Translations under genes and position numbers: made by a program
NCBI GenBank assembly: GCA_965233135.1
Contig: CBDDRM010000028.1
Span: forward strand, 100,331 to 164,330
Direction of reading: 5' to 3'
Origin: an uncultured bacterium
Lineage (GTDB): Bacteria; Pseudomonadota; Gammaproteobacteria; Burkholderiales; JACQAP01
Length of the DNA stretch: 64,000 nt
Part shown: one piece after another, positions 10,195-20,617 of the stretch
Position numbering within the stretch: position 1 is the stretch's first letter
How the letters are laid out: each line of letters opens with the position of its first letter
Notes under the pieces: generated by a model
The model's database searches: none
Told to the model about the DNA's origin: nothing
The model's input: the letters and a program-made list of their open reading frames with translations, nothing else

Positions 10195-11414
10195 TCGCGC
10201 TCCTTGCGCAGCACCATGCGTTCGGCTTCGCGTTGCAGGCGCTCCCGCTCTGCGCGCCCGCCGATCACGTTACGCAAATCATCGGCTTCGACTTTTGCCG
10301 TGCTGCTGCCGGGGCGTTGCGCGACCTTGACACGCAACTGGCGGCCGGCAGCCTCGACCGTGGTGCTGGCGCGGTCGAGCTTGCGCCTTTGCAGGAACTG
10401 GTAGCGCACGCCCAGCGTCGTCGTTTCGTTGAAACAGGCCTCGAAGACCCCCTCCAGGTCCGCCGCTTCGGCGAGTAACTGGATATGCATGGTCAGACGG
10501 CCTTTCTTGCCGAATGCGGGCGTCTGCAGCACATCGAGCACTGCGGGATGCGCGCGCAGCCGGTCGAGTGCGGTCGCCAGATCTTCGGGAGTCTGGTCGT
10601 CGACTTCGAATTGCACTTGCATGACTTCATCGCCGAAGCTGCGATTCTCGGGCGCTTCCTCGAATGCCAGCACGCGCAGGACGTTGCTGATGCCTGGAAA
10701 ACTGCGCGTGCCGAAACCGATACCCGTGCGCAACAGGCGGCGGGGGCGGCGGGCCGGCGTCTGCGAGCAACCCAGATGGCGCAAGACGGCGGCGCCGGTG
10801 GGGGTGACGCGTTCGCCCTCCAGCCCGTCATCGGCAAACTCGTAGCCCTGCAATAACAGCACCGTCGCGGGCACCGGGACGGGCAGCAGCCCGTGTGCGG
10901 TTTTCACGCGACCACGTCCGAGCGGCAGGCTGCTGACCGACCAAGTCGCCGCCGCCTCATTGGCCGCCAGCGCATCGATCAGGTAGGCCGCACCTACGAT
11001 GTCGGCAATCGAATCCCATTCGCCCAGTTCGTGAAAGCTGACACTGTCGATGGACTTTCCGTGGACCTTGGCCTCCGCCTCGGCGAGCGCGCTGAAAATA
11101 CCGACGGCATGATCCCGCACTGCCGGCGCCAACGCCGAGCGCTGCAGATGCGCGCGAATATCGGCGAACGGTGTATGCGGATGGTGATGCGCGGCCACCA
11201 GCAGCTCGGCCACGCGCGGCTCGATCACGCGAAATCGCAGGCCGGTCAGCGCGTGATCCTGGTGCTCGGCGATGCCCGCATGAACTTCCGGCGGCAGCCC
11301 GGCAGCGCGAATCGACGCCAACAGGCCGCCGCGCAAATCCGGAAACGCGTCGAGCATGGCGGCGATGAACATATCGCCCGCCACGCCTCCGACCGCGTCA
11401 AGATGGATATGCAT
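10191..11414 (-). CDS. larC: Nickel insertion protein LarC (pyridinium-3,5-bisthiocarboxylate mononucleotide nickel chelatase)
   Basis: N-terminus MHIHLDAVGGVAGDMFIAAMLDAF is typical of LarC/DUF111. 407 aa. Confidence 0.85.
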   Translation of the reverse strand: MHIHLDAVGGVAGDMFIAAMLDAFPDLRGGLLASIRAAGLPPEVHAGIAEHQDHALTGLRFRVIEPRVAELLVAAHHHPHTPFADIRAHLQRSALAPAVRDHAVGIFSALAEAEAKVHGKSIDSVSFHELGEWDSIADIVGAAYLIDALAANEAAATWSVSSLPLGRGRVKTAHGLLPVPVPATVLLLQGYEFADDGLEGERVTPTGAAVLRHLGCSQTPARRPRRLLRTGIGFGTRSFPGISNVLRVLAFEEAPENRSFGDEVMQVQFEVDDQTPEDLATALDRLRAHPAVLDVLQTPAFGKKGRLTMHIQLLAEAADLEGVFEACFNETTTLGVRYQFLQRRKLDRASTTVEAAGRQLRVKVAQRPGSSTAKVEADDLRNVIGGRAERERLQREAERMVLRKERE

Positions 11415-11438
11415 GCGAAGTACGCTCTAGCCCGGCGA

Positions 11439-12773
11439 CTAGGCCGCCGCGTGCTCCCGATGCTTGCCCAGCATCGGATACAGGTTGCCCTTGGCGTCGA
11501 ACTTGAAAGCTTCGGGCGCGCCCACAATTTCGAACATCGAGGGGTTGGCCTTGATCAGCGGGAGCATGGGCTCGGATACGTGGATGTCCACGATCTCGAG
11601 CGTGGTGGCGATGCGTACGATCCTGGTATCCTGAGGCTTGACCCTGACTACAGTTTTCACGGCCAGGCGGATCGCGTCTTCGTCCGTGTTCATGATCAAC
11701 GGGATCGCGCCCCCGTCGAGGTAGGTCGACGTGATGATATTGGCGTAGGTCTTGCCGACGTCGAGCTCTTTGTACAGCTTCATCGTGGTCACGTCGGCGC
11801 CGCCGATGCCGCAAGCGTTGCCGTGCGTCTCGGGCGTCAGGCCGAGTACGGCGATCTTCTTGACCAGCGGTTTCATGTTCCACTCGACGAACCGGCAATT
11901 GCGGCCGGTGATGTTCGGATCCATGCCCGAACCGGAAATATTCTTGCCGATTTTTTCCACCACCAGCACGTCGATTTCGTCGAACTGCAGGCGTGGCATC
12001 AGTTCCTTGGCCTTGGCGAGCAGGACTGGTTCGCGCTCGAAGGTCTGTTCCGAGGGCACGATCTCGATGATCGCGGTTTCGTCCGCCGCGTTCTCCACCA
12101 TGGCCACGCCGAACAGGAAGTTCTTGCGCGCGAGAATATACTTCGCGGTCTTCGGCAGCAATTCGCCGAACATGTCCATGCCGTAGGTGTGCAGGGTCGT
12201 GGCGCCGATGATCTTGCCCATGCCGATGGTCAACATCTTCACGATGCCCGATTCGATGGGCGCGCGGAAGTTAGTGTGCGGTTTGACGCGTGGAATGACG
12301 ACGATCGCGTCGGCTTCGGACGCATGCTTGTCGATGTACACCGGCATGCCGTCGTCGAGCTTGCCCAGCTCAACCACATCCATGCTGGATTTGATCGGAC
12401 AGCCCACGTAACTCTCGGTGATGCCATAGCCTTCGAGCACTTCGCGCTGGCCCTCGGCGGTCGCGCCCCCATGGCTGCCCATGGCCGGGAATATGAAGGG
12501 TTTGGCGCCAAGCGCCTTGAGCTCCCCGACCACGGCCTTGGCGCATTCAGCGATGTTGTTGATGCCACGCGAACCGCAACCGACGGCGATGCTCATGCCC
12601 GGCTTGACCTTGGCCCGCACTTCCGGGCGACTGAACTGCTCCTTGATGGTCTTGGTGACACTGTCGAGTTTCTTAGTCTGAAACTTTTGACGCACATGCA
12701 CCATCCGCGGCAGGGCGATATCCAGTCCGCCGGCCATGTTGACTTCGATGCGATCACCGATCATTTCAGCCAT
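11439..12773 (-). CDS. Divergent LarA-like (lactate racemase N-domain/DUF2088-type) protein, putative NPN-dependent enzyme of unknown substrate
   Basis: 444 aa, with RBS GGAGG. PHTNFRAPIESGIVKMLTIGMGKIIGATTLH contains a Lys...His pair 16 residues apart, the same spacing as LarA Lys184/His200. It sits immediately upstream of larC-larE-larB. The canonical SDHTRP motif is not recognisable. Confidence 0.55.
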   Translation of the reverse strand: MAEMIGDRIEVNMAGGLDIALPRMVHVRQKFQTKKLDSVTKTIKEQFSRPEVRAKVKPGMSIAVGCGSRGINNIAECAKAVVGELKALGAKPFIFPAMGSHGGATAEGQREVLEGYGITESYVGCPIKSSMDVVELGKLDDGMPVYIDKHASEADAIVVIPRVKPHTNFRAPIESGIVKMLTIGMGKIIGATTLHTYGMDMFGELLPKTAKYILARKNFLFGVAMVENAADETAIIEIVPSEQTFEREPVLLAKAKELMPRLQFDEIDVLVVEKIGKNISGSGMDPNITGRNCRFVEWNMKPLVKKIAVLGLTPETHGNACGIGGADVTTMKLYKELDVGKTYANIITSTYLDGGAIPLIMNTDEDAIRLAVKTVVRVKPQDTRIVRIATTLEIVDIHVSEPMLPLIKANPSMFEIVGAPEAFKFDAKGNLYPMLGKHREHAAA

Positions 12774-12859
12774 CCTCCATACAGTGTTGTTTTGAGGCCG
12801 CCAACCGGGGCGCGGGTCGAGCAGCGGGAAAAAATGATTCTACTCCAGGGCGCCCTCGG

Positions 12860-14326
12860 CTAGCCAATGGGCAGGGCGCGGTACAAGTCCAGGTATTGTT
12901 GCGCGCGCGCTGCCCAACTGAAATCGCGCTGCATGCCGTTTTTCTGCAGTTGCCGCCAGGTTCGTTGATCGTGATAGACACTTACCACCCGGCGGCAGTT
13001 CGCGAACATGGTCGTGGCATCAAGCGGGGTGAAAACGAAGCCGGTAGCCGTTCGATTCTTTAGCGTCGCGGGCGTGCAGTCGATCACCGAATCGCGCAAC
13101 CCGCCAGTGCCGTGCACCAGGGGCGGTGTGCCATAGCGCTGGCTGTACATCTGGTTCAGGCCGCACGGCTCGAAGCGCGATGGCATGACGAACACGTCCG
13201 CGCCGGCCTCGACCTGATGAGACAGATTCTCGTCGAAGCCGATGTGCACCGCGATCTGACCTTCATATTGCTGCGCGAGCGCCTGGAAGCGGCGCTGCAG
13301 CACCGGGTCGCCCGCGCCGAGAACGACCAGTTGTGCAGGCAGCTTGACCAACTCGCCGGCAATATCGGCAAGCACGTCCAGGCCTTTCTGATCGGTCAGG
13401 CGACTCACAGTCCCGAACAGCGGCGTCAGCGGTTCGTCGCGCAACCTCATGCGCAATTGCAAGGCGCGCTTGTTATCCTGCTTGGCGGCCAGGCGCGATG
13501 CATTGTAGTAACGCTCGATATAAGGATCCGACTCCGGATCCCACGCGTCGACATCGATGCCGTTGAGGATGCCGGTGAGCACGTCCTTGCGGCGCGAGAG
13601 CAACCCCTGCAACCCCATGCCCAGCGGTTCACTTTGTATCTCCTCGGCATAGCTGGGGCTAACCGTCGTGATGCGATCCGCATACTGCAGCCCGCCTTTC
13701 AGAAACGACAGGTTGCCGTAATACTCCACCCCGTCGATGTTGAATGCCTGCGGCGGCAGTCCCAGCCGGTTCGCGCTCTGCGGGGGAAAGATCCCCTGGA
13801 ACGCGAGATTGTGCAGGGTCATGACCGTGCGCGCGCGCGGTCCCTGCGCGTAGTCCAGATATACCGGCGTCAATCCGGTCTGCCAGTCGTTGCAATGGAC
13901 GATATCGGGCTTCCAGGCTGAGAACGGAGAGGAGGGCGTGGACAATACGGCGCTCACGTACGAGAACAGGCCGAAGCGCAAGTCGTTGTCGGGCCAATCG
14001 ACTCCTGATGCGTCCTGATAGGGACCGCCTGCGCGCTGGTAAATCGGACACTCGACCACGAACAGGGGCAAGCCCGACGGCAGTTTCGAGGCGATCAGAC
14101 TCGCTCCCGGCATGCCGGGCAAGCCGGGCAGCGTGGCCACCCGGCTTCGGGTTTTCAGTGCGCTCATGACTTGCGGATAACCGGGAACGAGCAGACGGAT
14201 GTCGACACCCAGAGCGTGCAGCGCAACGGGCAGGGCAGCACTGACGTCGGCAAGTCCGCCGGTCTTGATAAGCGGCGCCACCTCCGATGTTGCGAACAGG
14301 ACCTTGAGTTTTTCGGCTTCCGCCAT
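12860..14326 (-). CDS. glgA: Glycogen synthase (ADP-glucose type, GT5)
   Basis: KVLFATSEVAPLIKTGGLADV (KTGGL motif). 488 aa. Confidence 0.95.
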   Translation of the reverse strand: MAEAEKLKVLFATSEVAPLIKTGGLADVSAALPVALHALGVDIRLLVPGYPQVMSALKTRSRVATLPGLPGMPGASLIASKLPSGLPLFVVECPIYQRAGGPYQDASGVDWPDNDLRFGLFSYVSAVLSTPSSPFSAWKPDIVHCNDWQTGLTPVYLDYAQGPRARTVMTLHNLAFQGIFPPQSANRLGLPPQAFNIDGVEYYGNLSFLKGGLQYADRITTVSPSYAEEIQSEPLGMGLQGLLSRRKDVLTGILNGIDVDAWDPESDPYIERYYNASRLAAKQDNKRALQLRMRLRDEPLTPLFGTVSRLTDQKGLDVLADIAGELVKLPAQLVVLGAGDPVLQRRFQALAQQYEGQIAVHIGFDENLSHQVEAGADVFVMPSRFEPCGLNQMYSQRYGTPPLVHGTGGLRDSVIDCTPATLKNRTATGFVFTPLDATTMFANCRRVVSVYHDQRTWRQLQKNGMQRDFSWAARAQQYLDLYRALPIG

Positions 14327-14393
14327 GGATGATTATTCGTCGTTATACTTGTTCGTCAGCCACAGCCGTCGTGACTGCAGAGACTTTGCGCGT

Positions 14394-16628
14394 CTATTCC
14401 GAGCACCGCAGAATCAGCGCGCCCAGAGGCGGCAGGGTGATGTCGGCCGACTGACCATGACCCATCCATGGAAAAGCCTGTGAGGCAATGATGCCGGCAT
14501 TTCCGGAGTTCGATCCGGCGTAGAACGCCGAGTCGCTGTTGAACACCTCATGCCAGGCGCCGGGCTTTGGCAACCCCACCCGATATCCGTCTCGGGGCAC
14601 CGGAGTGAAATTCAGCGCGACGACGACCGCCGAACCGTCGCGCGCCCTGCGCTCGAAACACAGTACCGACTGGTCGGCATCGTTGCAGTCGACCCAGCGA
14701 AATCCGTCCGGTTCGAAATCCAGTTCGTGCAATGCGGGCTCATCCCGGTACAGGCGGCAAAGATCCCGCAGCATGGTTTGCACGCCGCGGTGCCAGTCTA
14801 TGCCAAGGAGACCCCAGTCGAGTTCGCCGGCTGCCCGCCATTCACGTCCCTGGGCAAATTCGTTGCCCATGAAATTGAGCTTCTTGCCCGCAGAAACAAA
14901 CTGGTACGCAAGCAGCAATCTGACGTTGGCGAATTTCTGCCAGGCATCGCCCGGCATCTTTTCCAGCAGTGAGCCTTTGCCGTGCACCACTTCGTCGTGC
15001 GAGAGCGGCAACAGAAAGTTCTCGCTATAGGCGTAGATCTGGCCGAAAGTGAGTTGATTGTGGTGAAACCGCCGGTGCACCGGATCGTTTTGCATGTATG
15101 CCAGCGTATCGTTCATCCAGCCCATGTTCCATTTCATGGAGAAGCCCAAGCCGCCCAGATACACCGGCCGGGAAACCATCGGCCAGGCAGTCGATTCCTC
15201 GGCACAGGTCAGGGCGCCCGGGAAATCACGATGCACCATGACATTCAACTCGCGCAGGAAGTCGATGGCCTCCAGATTCTCGCGGCCGCCAAACTTGTTG
15301 GGGATCCACTCGCCGGCCTTGCGCGAGTAATCCAGATACAGCATCGATGCGACTGCGTCGACGCGCAGGCCATCGACATGGCATTCTGCGAGCCAGTAGT
15401 GCGCGCTCGACAGCAGGAAGCTTTTTACTTCCTTGCGGCCATAGTTGAAGATGTGGGTGCCCCAGTCCTGATGGAATCCCAACCGCGGATCCTCGTGTTC
15501 ATACAGCGCGGTCCCGTCAAAACGCGCCAGCGAAAAGGCGTCGGTCGGAAAATGCGCGGGCACCCAGTCGAGCAGCACACCGATCCCCGCCTGATGGCAG
15601 GCATCGACGAAGGCCTTGAAGTCCTGGGGCGTGCCGAATCGGCTGCTGACCGCAAAATAACCCGTGGTCTGATAACCCCAGGATTCATCCAGCGGGTGTT
15701 CCGAAACGGGCAACAACTCGATATGCGTGAAACCCATGTCGAGTACGTAGGGTATGAGACTCTGCGCCAGTTCCGCATACGTGTAGAAGCGCCCATCGGG
15801 ATGGCGTCGCCACGAACCGGCATGCACTTCATAGATATTCAGCGGCGCATGCAGCCAATCCCAGCGCGAGCGTCGGCGCATCCATTGCTCGTCGCCCCAG
15901 GTGTAGTCGTCGGCCACCACGCGCGCGGCCGTACCGGGACGCCGCTCGTGAAAACGCGCATAGGGATCGGTCTTGACGAGCAGCTCGCCGGTCGCTCGGT
16001 TGCGTATCTCGAATTTGTAGAGGCTGCCGGCATCCACGCCGGGAATGAACAGTTCCCATACGCCACTTGCGCCGTGGGAGGACATCGGATGCACGCGCCC
16101 GTCCCAGCGGTTGAACTCGCCCACCACGCTGAGCCTCTGCGCGTTGGGAGCCCAGCATGCAAATCGCACCCCGCTGACGCCTTCACGCTGCTCGATCCGG
16201 CTGCCCAGCACGCGGTAGGCCTGCTCCAGCCGGCCTTCGTTGAACAGGTACAGGTCCTCTGCGCCGGTCGCAGGAGCAAAGGTATAGGGGTCATGCGTTT
16301 CGAACCTCTGTCCGTCCTCCTCGACGCGCAGCAGCACCGGGCGCGGCAGCGCATCGCCCTGCCAGGCGAACACGCCCTGCGGGTGAATGCGTTTCATCGG
16401 GACAAATCCGCTTTGCGTGCGGACGTCCACCGCCGCGGCATAAGGCCGAAACACGCGCAACGCCCACCCCTTTGCGCTGCGATGCAAGCCCAACAGGCTA
16501 AACGGATCGTGGTGACGGGCGCCCACCAGGGCGTCCAGATCATCGGCTGCAGAAAGTTCAAGCGTGGCGCTCATCGGGGAATAGGGACCGCATTCAGCCA
16601 GGGAGTTCGTGACGTCGGACGACGTCAC
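14394..16628 (-). CDS. glgB: 1,4-alpha-glucan branching enzyme (GH13)
   Basis: 744 aa. GH13 regions are present: [47 protein letters not shown]. The start may be the downstream Met (MSATLEL). Confidence 0.95.
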   Translation of the reverse strand: MTSSDVTNSLAECGPYSPMSATLELSAADDLDALVGARHHDPFSLLGLHRSAKGWALRVFRPYAAAVDVRTQSGFVPMKRIHPQGVFAWQGDALPRPVLLRVEEDGQRFETHDPYTFAPATGAEDLYLFNEGRLEQAYRVLGSRIEQREGVSGVRFACWAPNAQRLSVVGEFNRWDGRVHPMSSHGASGVWELFIPGVDAGSLYKFEIRNRATGELLVKTDPYARFHERRPGTAARVVADDYTWGDEQWMRRRSRWDWLHAPLNIYEVHAGSWRRHPDGRFYTYAELAQSLIPYVLDMGFTHIELLPVSEHPLDESWGYQTTGYFAVSSRFGTPQDFKAFVDACHQAGIGVLLDWVPAHFPTDAFSLARFDGTALYEHEDPRLGFHQDWGTHIFNYGRKEVKSFLLSSAHYWLAECHVDGLRVDAVASMLYLDYSRKAGEWIPNKFGGRENLEAIDFLRELNVMVHRDFPGALTCAEESTAWPMVSRPVYLGGLGFSMKWNMGWMNDTLAYMQNDPVHRRFHHNQLTFGQIYAYSENFLLPLSHDEVVHGKGSLLEKMPGDAWQKFANVRLLLAYQFVSAGKKLNFMGNEFAQGREWRAAGELDWGLLGIDWHRGVQTMLRDLCRLYRDEPALHELDFEPDGFRWVDCNDADQSVLCFERRARDGSAVVVALNFTPVPRDGYRVGLPKPGAWHEVFNSDSAFYAGSNSGNAGIIASQAFPWMGHGQSADITLPPLGALILRCSE

Positions 16629-16755
16629 CCCTATTATAAGCAGAGGGCTTCAGTTCGGGATTTTCCTTTCACGGACGGAAAAACCTGACGTCACGCGAGC
16701 AGCCGGCGCGATATTCTGCGCATCGGGCGGATCGTTTAACATCTGGGGAAACGTC

Positions 16756-18039
16756 ATGACCACTCACGACAAGAATGTCCGCTTCGTCAGCGAACTGACC
16801 AAGAACACCTATGCACTGGTGCTCGCCGGCGGACGCGGCAGCCGGCTGAAGAATCTGACCGATTGGCGCGCCAAGCCGGCGGTGCCCTTCGGCGGCAAGT
16901 TTCGTATTGTCGACTTCCCGTTATCGAATTGCGTGAATTCCGGGATTCGCCGCATCGGCGTTGCAACCCAATACAAATCCCACAGCCTGATCCGGCATAT
17001 TCAGCGCGGCTGGAGCTTTTTGAATGGCCGGTTCCAGGAATTCGTGGATATTCTTCCCGCCTCGCAACGCACCGATGAGCAGAATTGGTATCTCGGCACG
17101 GCTGACGCCGTGTACCAGAATCTCGATATCCTGCGCAGCTACGGTGCTCACTATATTCTGGTGCTCGCCGGTGATCATATCTACAAGATGGACTATGGCA
17201 AGGTCCTGGCCTATCACGTGGCAAACAAAGCCGACGTCACGGTGACGTGCCTGGAGGTTCCGCGCATGGATGCCACCGCCTTCGGCGTGCTGCACGTTGC
17301 CAAGGACTGGCGTGTCACCGATTTCATCGAAAAGCCGGCCGATCCGCCGTGTATTCCCGGCCAGCCCGACATGGCGCTCGCGAGCATGGGTATCTATGTG
17401 TTCAATGCGGACTTTCTGTACGAGCAGCTCAAGCGCGATTCCCTCGACCGTTCATCCAATCACGACTTCGGCCGCGATCTCATTCCCTATGTCGTCCCGC
17501 GTCACCGCGTATTTGCGCAGCGCTTCGACGACAGTTGTGTCGGCCACCGCGGCAAGGCGGCGTACTGGCGCGACGTCGGCACCGTCGACGCCTACTGGGA
17601 ATCGAACATGGATCTGACGCGCGTGACCCCCGATCTGAACATGTACGACAAGGACTGGCCGATCTGGACGCATCAGGAACAGCTGCCGCCGGCCAAGTTC
17701 GTGTTCGACGACGAAGGCCGGCGTGGCGGCGCGATTGACTCCGTGGTCTCAGGCGGCTGCCTGATCAGCGGAACGACGGTGAAACGCTCGTTGTTGTTTT
17801 CCAATGTGCGTGTGCACAGCTACGGCAGCATCGAAGACTCGTTGATCCTGCCCGACGTGGTCGTGAACCGGAACGTGAAACTTCGCTGCACGGTCGTGGA
17901 CAAGAGCTGCGTCCTGCCCGAAGGCCTGACCGCGGGTTTCAACCCGGAAGACGATCGGCGCCGTTTCCATGTATCCGACCGCGGCATCACCTTGATCACG
18001 CCGGACATGCTCGGCCAGGATGTTTTTCACCAACGTTGA
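16756..18039 (+). CDS. glgC: Glucose-1-phosphate adenylyltransferase
   Basis: Internal ATG gives MTTHDKNVRFVSELTKNTYALVLAGGRGSRLKNLTDWRAKPAVPFGGKFRIVDF. It is divergent from glgB. Confidence 0.95.
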   Translation: MTTHDKNVRFVSELTKNTYALVLAGGRGSRLKNLTDWRAKPAVPFGGKFRIVDFPLSNCVNSGIRRIGVATQYKSHSLIRHIQRGWSFLNGRFQEFVDILPASQRTDEQNWYLGTADAVYQNLDILRSYGAHYILVLAGDHIYKMDYGKVLAYHVANKADVTVTCLEVPRMDATAFGVLHVAKDWRVTDFIEKPADPPCIPGQPDMALASMGIYVFNADFLYEQLKRDSLDRSSNHDFGRDLIPYVVPRHRVFAQRFDDSCVGHRGKAAYWRDVGTVDAYWESNMDLTRVTPDLNMYDKDWPIWTHQEQLPPAKFVFDDEGRRGGAIDSVVSGGCLISGTTVKRSLLFSNVRVHSYGSIEDSLILPDVVVNRNVKLRCTVVDKSCVLPEGLTAGFNPEDDRRRFHVSDRGITLITPDMLGQDVFHQR

Positions 18040-18073
18040 AGCCGCGCGGCGCACGGCCCCCACTCTCTAATAC

Positions 18074-19774
18074 ATGAACAAATCGACCAAGCTAGACCTG
18101 GTGCTTCTTTGGCATATGCACCAGCCGGATTTCCGCGACCACGCCAGCGGCGAGTTCGCACAGCCCTGGGTATATTTGCACGCCATCAAGGATTACACGG
18201 ACATGGCGGCGCATCTGGAGGCGCATCCTGGCATGCGCGCCGTGGTCAATTTCACGCCCGTGCTGCTCGACCAGCTCGAGGACTACGCGCAACAGTTCGC
18301 ATCCGGCAGCTTTCGCGATCCCCTGCTACGGCTGCTGGCGCAAGCTGACCTGCAGCAAGTCGATGAGGGCGGCCGCGATCTCGTTCTGAACTCGTGCTTC
18401 CGCGCTAACCACCAGAAGTTGATCGACCCTTATCCGGCGTATCGGCGCCTGTTTGAGTTCTATCGGGTTGCACTCAGTCATGGCGACAGCGCCATGTACC
18501 TGTCCGCGCAATACCTCGGGGACTTGCTGAGCTGGTATCACCTGTCATGGATGGGGGAAACGGTCCGCCGGCGCGACCGGCGCGTGTCCGCACTGATCAC
18601 CAAGGCGCAAGGATTCACCCATCAGGACCGCATGCAGTTGCTCGAGATCATCGGGCGAGAAGTGCGCGAAGTGATTCCGCGTTATCGCAAGTTGTTCGAA
18701 AGCGGGCACATCGAACTGACCACCACGCCGGAATACCATCCGATCGGTCCATTGCTGATGTCCTTCGAAGCGGCCCGCCAAGCCACGCCGGAGGCCTCTT
18801 TGCCCGACTGCCCGAGCTATCCGGGCGGTCGCGAGCGCGTGCTGGCGCATACCTCCGCCGCGCAACAAAGCCATAGCCGGCGTTTCGGCCAGCCCGCGCG
18901 GGGCATGTGGCCGGCGGAAGGCGCCGTATCGCACGAGTTTGCGGGCTTGCTGGCCGAGCAGGGGTGCGAATGGATCGCAAGCGGCGAAGGCGTGCTCGCG
19001 CGTTCGTTGCGCACTCACCAGGGCGCCCTGCCGGAACGCCACGAATTTCTGTTCAAGCCCTATCGTATCGACAACGGCCAAGCCGGCATCACCTGCTTCT
19101 TTCGCGACGACCGGCTGTCCGATCTGATCGGGTTCGAGTATGCCAAATGGCATGGCGAGGATGCGGCAGCGCATTTCGTCGGCGCGCTCGAGGAGATCGC
19201 AGGCCGCGCCGCCGCCGGCGCGCCGCCGGTCGTCAGCGTCATTCTCGATGGCGAGAATGCCTGGGAGTATTACCCCTACAACGGCTACTATTTTCTCGAC
19301 GCCCTGTACGCGGCGCTTGAGGACCATGCCCAGGTTGCGACTCGCACATTTGCCCAGGTCCTTGACGCAGCCAAAAATTCGTCTTTTGAGCCGTTGCCGG
19401 GGCTGGTGGCGGGAAGCTGGGTATACGGCGACCTGGCGACGTGGATCGGCGGCGCGGACAAGAATCGCGCCTGGGACTTGCTCTGTGCGGCAAAGCGCAG
19501 CTTCGACGACGTCGTCGCCAGCGGCCGATTGAGCGAGGCACAAATTGCCCGGGCCTCGCGCCAGCTCGCCGACTGCGAGGCATCCGACTGGTGCTGGTGG
19601 TTCGGTGATTACAACCCGGCAGAATCGGTCATGGCGTTCGATAAACTCTATCGAAGCAAGCTCGCACACCTGTATGCGCTTCTGCAGCAGCCGGCCCCGG
19701 CGGAACTCGAGATACCGATCAGCCGCGGCAAGCAGAATTCGGACGCCACCAACGCCATGCGTCGCGCCTCCTGA
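18074..19774 (+). CDS. Glycoside hydrolase family 57 protein (alpha-amylase/glucanotransferase-like)
   Basis: N-terminal LVLLWHMHQPDF..., plus GxWPAEGAVS and ILDGENAWEYY regions typical of GH57. 566 aa, 34 nt after glgC. Confidence 0.8.
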   Translation: MNKSTKLDLVLLWHMHQPDFRDHASGEFAQPWVYLHAIKDYTDMAAHLEAHPGMRAVVNFTPVLLDQLEDYAQQFASGSFRDPLLRLLAQADLQQVDEGGRDLVLNSCFRANHQKLIDPYPAYRRLFEFYRVALSHGDSAMYLSAQYLGDLLSWYHLSWMGETVRRRDRRVSALITKAQGFTHQDRMQLLEIIGREVREVIPRYRKLFESGHIELTTTPEYHPIGPLLMSFEAARQATPEASLPDCPSYPGGRERVLAHTSAAQQSHSRRFGQPARGMWPAEGAVSHEFAGLLAEQGCEWIASGEGVLARSLRTHQGALPERHEFLFKPYRIDNGQAGITCFFRDDRLSDLIGFEYAKWHGEDAAAHFVGALEEIAGRAAAGAPPVVSVILDGENAWEYYPYNGYYFLDALYAALEDHAQVATRTFAQVLDAAKNSSFEPLPGLVAGSWVYGDLATWIGGADKNRAWDLLCAAKRSFDDVVASGRLSEAQIARASRQLADCEASDWCWWFGDYNPAESVMAFDKLYRSKLAHLYALLQQPAPAELEIPISRGKQNSDATNAMRRAS

Positions 19775-20013
19775 GGCGAGCGCCAGGCACCCTGGCCACG
19801 CGTGTGCACGCGCCGAACCCTCATGGCAAAGCACGAGCCGCGGCCATTTGACAGCCGCCACCTGCAGCGCGAACATGGATCACGGTGCGACGCCACGAGT
19901 GCACCCGCGGGATGCCCGGCGGCAAGTGCGGCGCTTGCGATGTTGTGTCCAATCGGAGCAATGTCTGCTTCCAGCTTGATTCGTATCGAACAGGCAGCCA
20001 AAGGAGGGTCAGA

Positions 20014-20310
20014 ATGAACCGCGAAGAATATGTCGCAAAGATGAAGCAACAGATCGAGGACTGGAACGAGAGACTGGGCAAATGGGAAGGCGAAGTGCAG
20101 AAAGCCCAGACCAGCATGAAATCGCACTACGAAGCGCAGATCCAGGCGCTTGAACGGCAGCGCGACGAGGCGCTCAAGCGCCTGAACGAAACCCGTGACG
20201 CCAGCCAGAATGCGTGGATGGAAGTAAGCAAGGGCGCCGAGGGTGCATGGAAGACCATGCAGGCGAGCTTCGAAAAAGCCTGGGCGGAATTCCACAAAAA
20301 GAAGCCCTGA
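20014..20310 (+). CDS. Small coiled-coil protein, unknown function
   Basis: RBS AAGGAGGG precedes the ATG. The 98-aa product is helical and charged (MNREEYVAKMKQQIEDWNERLGKWEGEVQKAQ...). I recognise no family. Confidence 0.5.
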   Translation: MNREEYVAKMKQQIEDWNERLGKWEGEVQKAQTSMKSHYEAQIQALERQRDEALKRLNETRDASQNAWMEVSKGAEGAWKTMQASFEKAWAEFHKKKP

Positions 20311-20617
20311 GCAACCCGGCCTCAGGCTGGCGCGGGGAAGCAAGCGGCCCTCGTCCAGGGCGCCGCAGTGCCTGCGCTTCACCAACAAAGGCAGCCCGGC
20401 GGCACCTGTAACCAGCACAGCTTGGCGGCCGTTGCGGGCGGCCGCGATCTACGATCGTATCGGCAGCTGCCCAGCGGCATGGCCGTCTGCCGATACGCGC
20501 TGCTCATCCGTCTGCGCTCGGTTTTCAGCTGGCACTTGCGCTTCGCGCGCCTTTGCTCCCCCACGCGGCTGTTGTACGCTTGTATCCGGAGTCGACCGCA
20601 TCAAGCGAGGAGAATCA

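Noticed and set aside
10893-12863. 656-aa plus-strand ORF.
   Set aside because: It is antisense to larC and the LarA-like gene. Composition is biased (R/H/D/G-rich) and there is no RBS or recognisable domain, so it is a shadow ORF.
14982-16688. 568-aa plus-strand ORF.
   Set aside because: It is antisense to glgB, which has all the GH13 conserved regions, so it is a shadow ORF.
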